Shown: in pieces, positions 60,771 through 64,000 of the stretch | Layout: each line of letters starts with the position of its first letter | Numbering within the stretch: position 1 is the first letter of the stretch | Origin: Mobula hypostoma | Taxonomy: Eukaryota | Reading direction: 5' to 3' | DNA: 64,000 nt | Assembly: GCF_963921235.1 (NCBI RefSeq) | Contig: NC_086109.1 | Coordinates: 7,814,001-7,878,000, forward strand | The notes under the pieces: generated by a model | What the model saw: the letters and a program-made list of their open reading frames with translations, nothing else | Told to the model about the DNA's origin: nothing | Database searches by the model: none | Made by a program: the position numbers and the translations under genes

Positions 60771-62672
60771 ATATATATATAAATATAGACACACACACAC
60801 ACACATATATATATAGAGAGAGAGAGAGAAATTAAATAATTAGTGCAAAAAGAGCAAAACCTGTGAGGTAGTCTGTTTAGAAATTCGATGGCAGAAGGGA
60901 AGAAGCTGTTTCTAAAACATTGAGTGTCATCCTTCAGACTTCTGTAGCCCCTCTCCGATGGTAGTAATGAGAAGAGGGCACGTTCCGGATGGTAGGGGTC
61001 CTTAATAATGGATGCTGCCTTTCTGAGGCATCGCCTTTTGAAGATGTCCTCAGTGCCCATGAGGGAGCTGGTGGAGTCTACAGCCGTCTGCAGCTGTTAG
61101 CCAGGGGAGACCCAAAGTTTTAAGAAGCAATGAAGGAACAAATAACAAACGGGTAGCTGGAGGAAGTCAGCTTGGCAGGCAGCATGAGGCCACAAGACTT
61201 AGGAGCAGACCAAGGCTATGGAGTCTGCTCCACCATTCCATCATGGCTGATTTATTAACCCTCTCAACCCCATTCTCCTGCCTTCTCCCCATAACCTTTA
61301 CACCCTTACTAATCAGTAACCTACCAACCTCCACTTTAAAGATACCCAATGACTTGGCCTTCAAAGCCATCTGTAGCAATGAATACCACAGATTCACCAT
61401 CCTCAGTCTACGTGAAGAAATCACTCCCCCTTTCCGGCCTTTCGAGTCACGCTGCCCAGCAATCTCCCAACTTAATCCTGACTCAATCACGAGACAATTT
61501 ACAATCACCAATTAACCTACCAACCGGTATGTCTTTGGACTGTGGGAGGAAACTAGAGCACCCAGAGGAAACCAACGCGGTCACGGGAAGAATGTACAAA
61601 TTGCTTAGAGGCAGCAGCGGAATTTGTCACATATACATCGAAACATTGAAACATACAGTGCAATATGTTATCTACGTCAACCGAGAATGTGCTGGGGGCA
61701 GCCTGCAAGTGATGTCATGCTTCCAGCCCACAATTCACTAATCCTGAACCATACATCTTTGGAGTATGGGAGGAAACCAGGGCACCCAGAGGAAACCCAC
61801 ATGGGTCATAACATATTTTTTATATAAGAGTGGCAATTCTTGATATTAGAGATAAGAGATTAAATATTTAGGAATATGGAGACTAGTTGCTTTGAGGAAG
61901 CAATTACTAGAGTTGTGTAAAGAGGAGGTAAATAATTTTTTGTGCGACAAGAGAACTGAGAGGTACGTGCAAAGGCAAAGAAGAGGAAATGAAGTTTGAG
62001 GAAAATCGGTGAAGTTCATATTGAATAACAGGGTCAGCTTGATGGGCCGAGTGGCTTACTCCTGCTCCCCTGTGTGTGCTCTTGTTACGGGGGGAACATC
62101 TTTGCTCAGAGACTTGCGAATCTGGGGTGAGGCACAAAGCGCCAGAGGAACAGCCCAGGTGGAGGGTCCTGACCATTTCCCTCCACAGTTACTGCCCGGC
62201 GCACCGAATTCCTCCACCACTTTGTGTGACGTGCTTGACAGTCATCAGATTATGTGTCTTGTCATCATTAGCTGAGGGATAGACACCTGCTTGGACACCG
62301 GAGACAATCATCTTTGGAATGGAATGGGATTAGAATGGCCTTCAACATCTTTTATGTCTATCTGAGGGAGTTGAATGAGTTAATAGTTCATTGAAAACCA
62401 ACACCTTCCAGTTGTCTGACTGAACAAGTCCCATTTGCCTACATATATATACTTATTGTAATCTATAGTATATTTTATGTATTGCTGCCACAAAACAGCA
62501 AATCTGACGACAATGAACAATAAAAGTGATAATAAACCTGTTTCTGAATCTAATTCTGAAGTAAACGTTTGTGTATTTTTAAAATTATTTCCTGATTAGT
62601 TGTTCACCTTTAAGTTCTTATCACCTTTAATATTTGAACAGCCCAGGTTATTACGTAGACCAAGGAGTTATA

Positions 62673-63027
62673 AACACAAGAGATTCTGCAGATGCTGGAA
62701 ATCCGAAGCAACACACACAAAACGCTACCAGGACTCAGCAGGTCAGGCAGCGTCTATAGAAATGAAATGAATGGCTACTCCGGGCTTCAAGTCTGGGAAC
62801 TCACTTTCACCCTAAATGCCATTTGCTTACTGTTATTGTCTGCATGATTTGTTTTTTTCTCTCTCTGCTCACTGGGAGACTGACCGCCTTTTTTAAATGG
62901 GTTCTTTGGGGTTCCTTGTTTTGTGGCTGCCTGTAAGGAGATGAATCTCAAGGTTGTATAATGTTCACATGCTTTGATAATAAATGTACTTTGAACTTTG
63001 AATCGACAGACGACGTTTCGGACCGAG
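62673..63027 (-). mobile_element. PLE family A terminus split by a LINE-type tail (62770-63002, plus)
   Basis: CTGCAGATGCTGGAAATCC...GGCAGCGTCTATAG, resuming as CAGACGACGTTTCGGACCGAG after the insert. Confidence 0.7.
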
Positions 63028-63159
63028 GAGTTATTTGGTTTTGGACCTCTATTATTGGAACTGAGATTAAAGTTTGAAATCTTACACAGTAATGATATCA
63101 ACTGACCACAAAAGCCAATGAACTTCTGCAGGCTTGCTTACAACATGATCAAAGCTACA

Positions 63160-63385
63160 TTAATGAAGAACGCTAAATACCAGGAGCTGGTAGAACAGGG
63201 CCGGAGACAGGCGTGGAGAGAACAAAGTGAGGGGTTGAAATTTTGCTGGCTGTTCGCGGTGCAGAACCTGGTCTCTCCTCGGCATTATGAGGGCTACAAA
63301 GGAAAGAGTCATCAGGACTGTCACAGAGTCTGCTGAGTGAGCCTCCAGATGGCTATGGATCGAGAGATGTGTTCTGTGGACCAGT
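63160..63385 (+). mobile_element. Hero/R2-superfamily LINE, C-terminal (RLE-adjacent) remnant
   Basis: KNAKYQELVEQGRRQAWR, then across frameshifts SLLGI...RVIRTVTESAE*ASRWLWIE, resembling the Hero C-terminus (KYQELV...EAAERASRWLW). Confidence 0.6.
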
Positions 63386-63409
63386 GCTGTTGGGACGTGA
63401 GAGTGAGTC

Positions 63410-63964
63410 CTTGGAGCCCTCCCACATAAGCTGCCTCCAGCTCATCCTGGGAATTACCTGGCGTGAGCGGGTGCCTCACACTGAAATACTTGTAAACACC
63501 AACTGCAGGAGTATTGAGGCCATGATCACCCAGCGTCAGCTGCAATGGCTGGGGCACGTGATAAGGATGCCCCCATGTCGGCTACCCCACAGAGTGTTAT
63601 ACGGTCAGCTACATCATGGTCGACGCTCAGCTGGAGGGCCGAAGAAGCGCTATAAAGATCAGATGATGAATGCTTTAAGGAAGTGCAAGATCAGACCCGA
63701 GGACCTGGAGGATGTTGCTGCTGACCGTACCACATGGCGACAGCTGTGTAGGGACGGGGTTCGTATTCTGGAGATGGAAAGAACAACCAGAAGACAGCAG
63801 AAGAGAGCCAGGAGAAATGCAGCCATGGTTGCCACCATTACTACATATACATGTCCCACCTGCAATAGAGCTTGTGGGTCCAGGATAGGACTGTATAGTC
63901 ATCAAAGATCTCACCGTTAAAGGGGTGGACATCATCATTGGATTTCCATGGACAACCAAGGAAG
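63410..63964 (+). mobile_element. RTE-clade LINE 3' end
   Basis: ILGITWRERVPHTEIL...QLQWLGHVIRMPPCRLPHRVLYGQL..GRRSAGGPKKRYKD...CPTCNRACGSRIGLYSHQRSH; short 3' UTR. Confidence 0.9.
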
Positions 63965-64000
63965 TGTGTGTGTGTGTGTGTAATCGTTAAATTAAGTAAG

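Noticed and set aside
1..64000. CRISPR array, prokaryotic operon or endogenous non-retroviral virus
   Set aside because: There are no regularly spaced repeats with unique spacers and no intact gene clusters. The coding-like remnants I could recognise all map to eukaryotic transposons.

Overview
Eukaryotic, repeat-dense, apparently non-genic (intronic or intergenic) DNA. The repeat repertoire suggests a cartilaginous fish such as a ray; this is inference. I found no convincing host protein-coding exon, rRNA, tRNA gene or CRISPR array, and almost all listed ORFs are transposon remnants or microsatellite artefacts. Contents: a decayed chromodomain-bearing Ty3/gypsy element with a 3' LTR (14.2-18.8 kb); a second, internally deleted gypsy with two LTRs (24.9-28.2 kb, minus strand); a near full-length CR1 LINE (47.3-51.4 kb) inside a Tc1-like DNA transposon; many Rex1/Babar-like and CR1 3' ends; single L1, RTE and Hero-like fragments; tRNA-derived and RTE-derived SINEs; hAT-like elements; and long (CA)n and (CT)n tracts. 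Three signals stand out. (i) About 16 dispersed copies of a Penelope-like element terminus carry a minimal type I hammerhead ribozyme; several are ~100-220 bp units with 6-17 bp target duplications, and two are inverted pairs. (ii) A ~630-690 bp non-coding retroposon family has an L1-like GGAGGAGAAGATGGCG (YY1-motif) head and an (AATCT)n LINE-type tail. (iii) A 233 bp local templated duplication has microhomology junctions. Boundaries of decayed elements are approximate.
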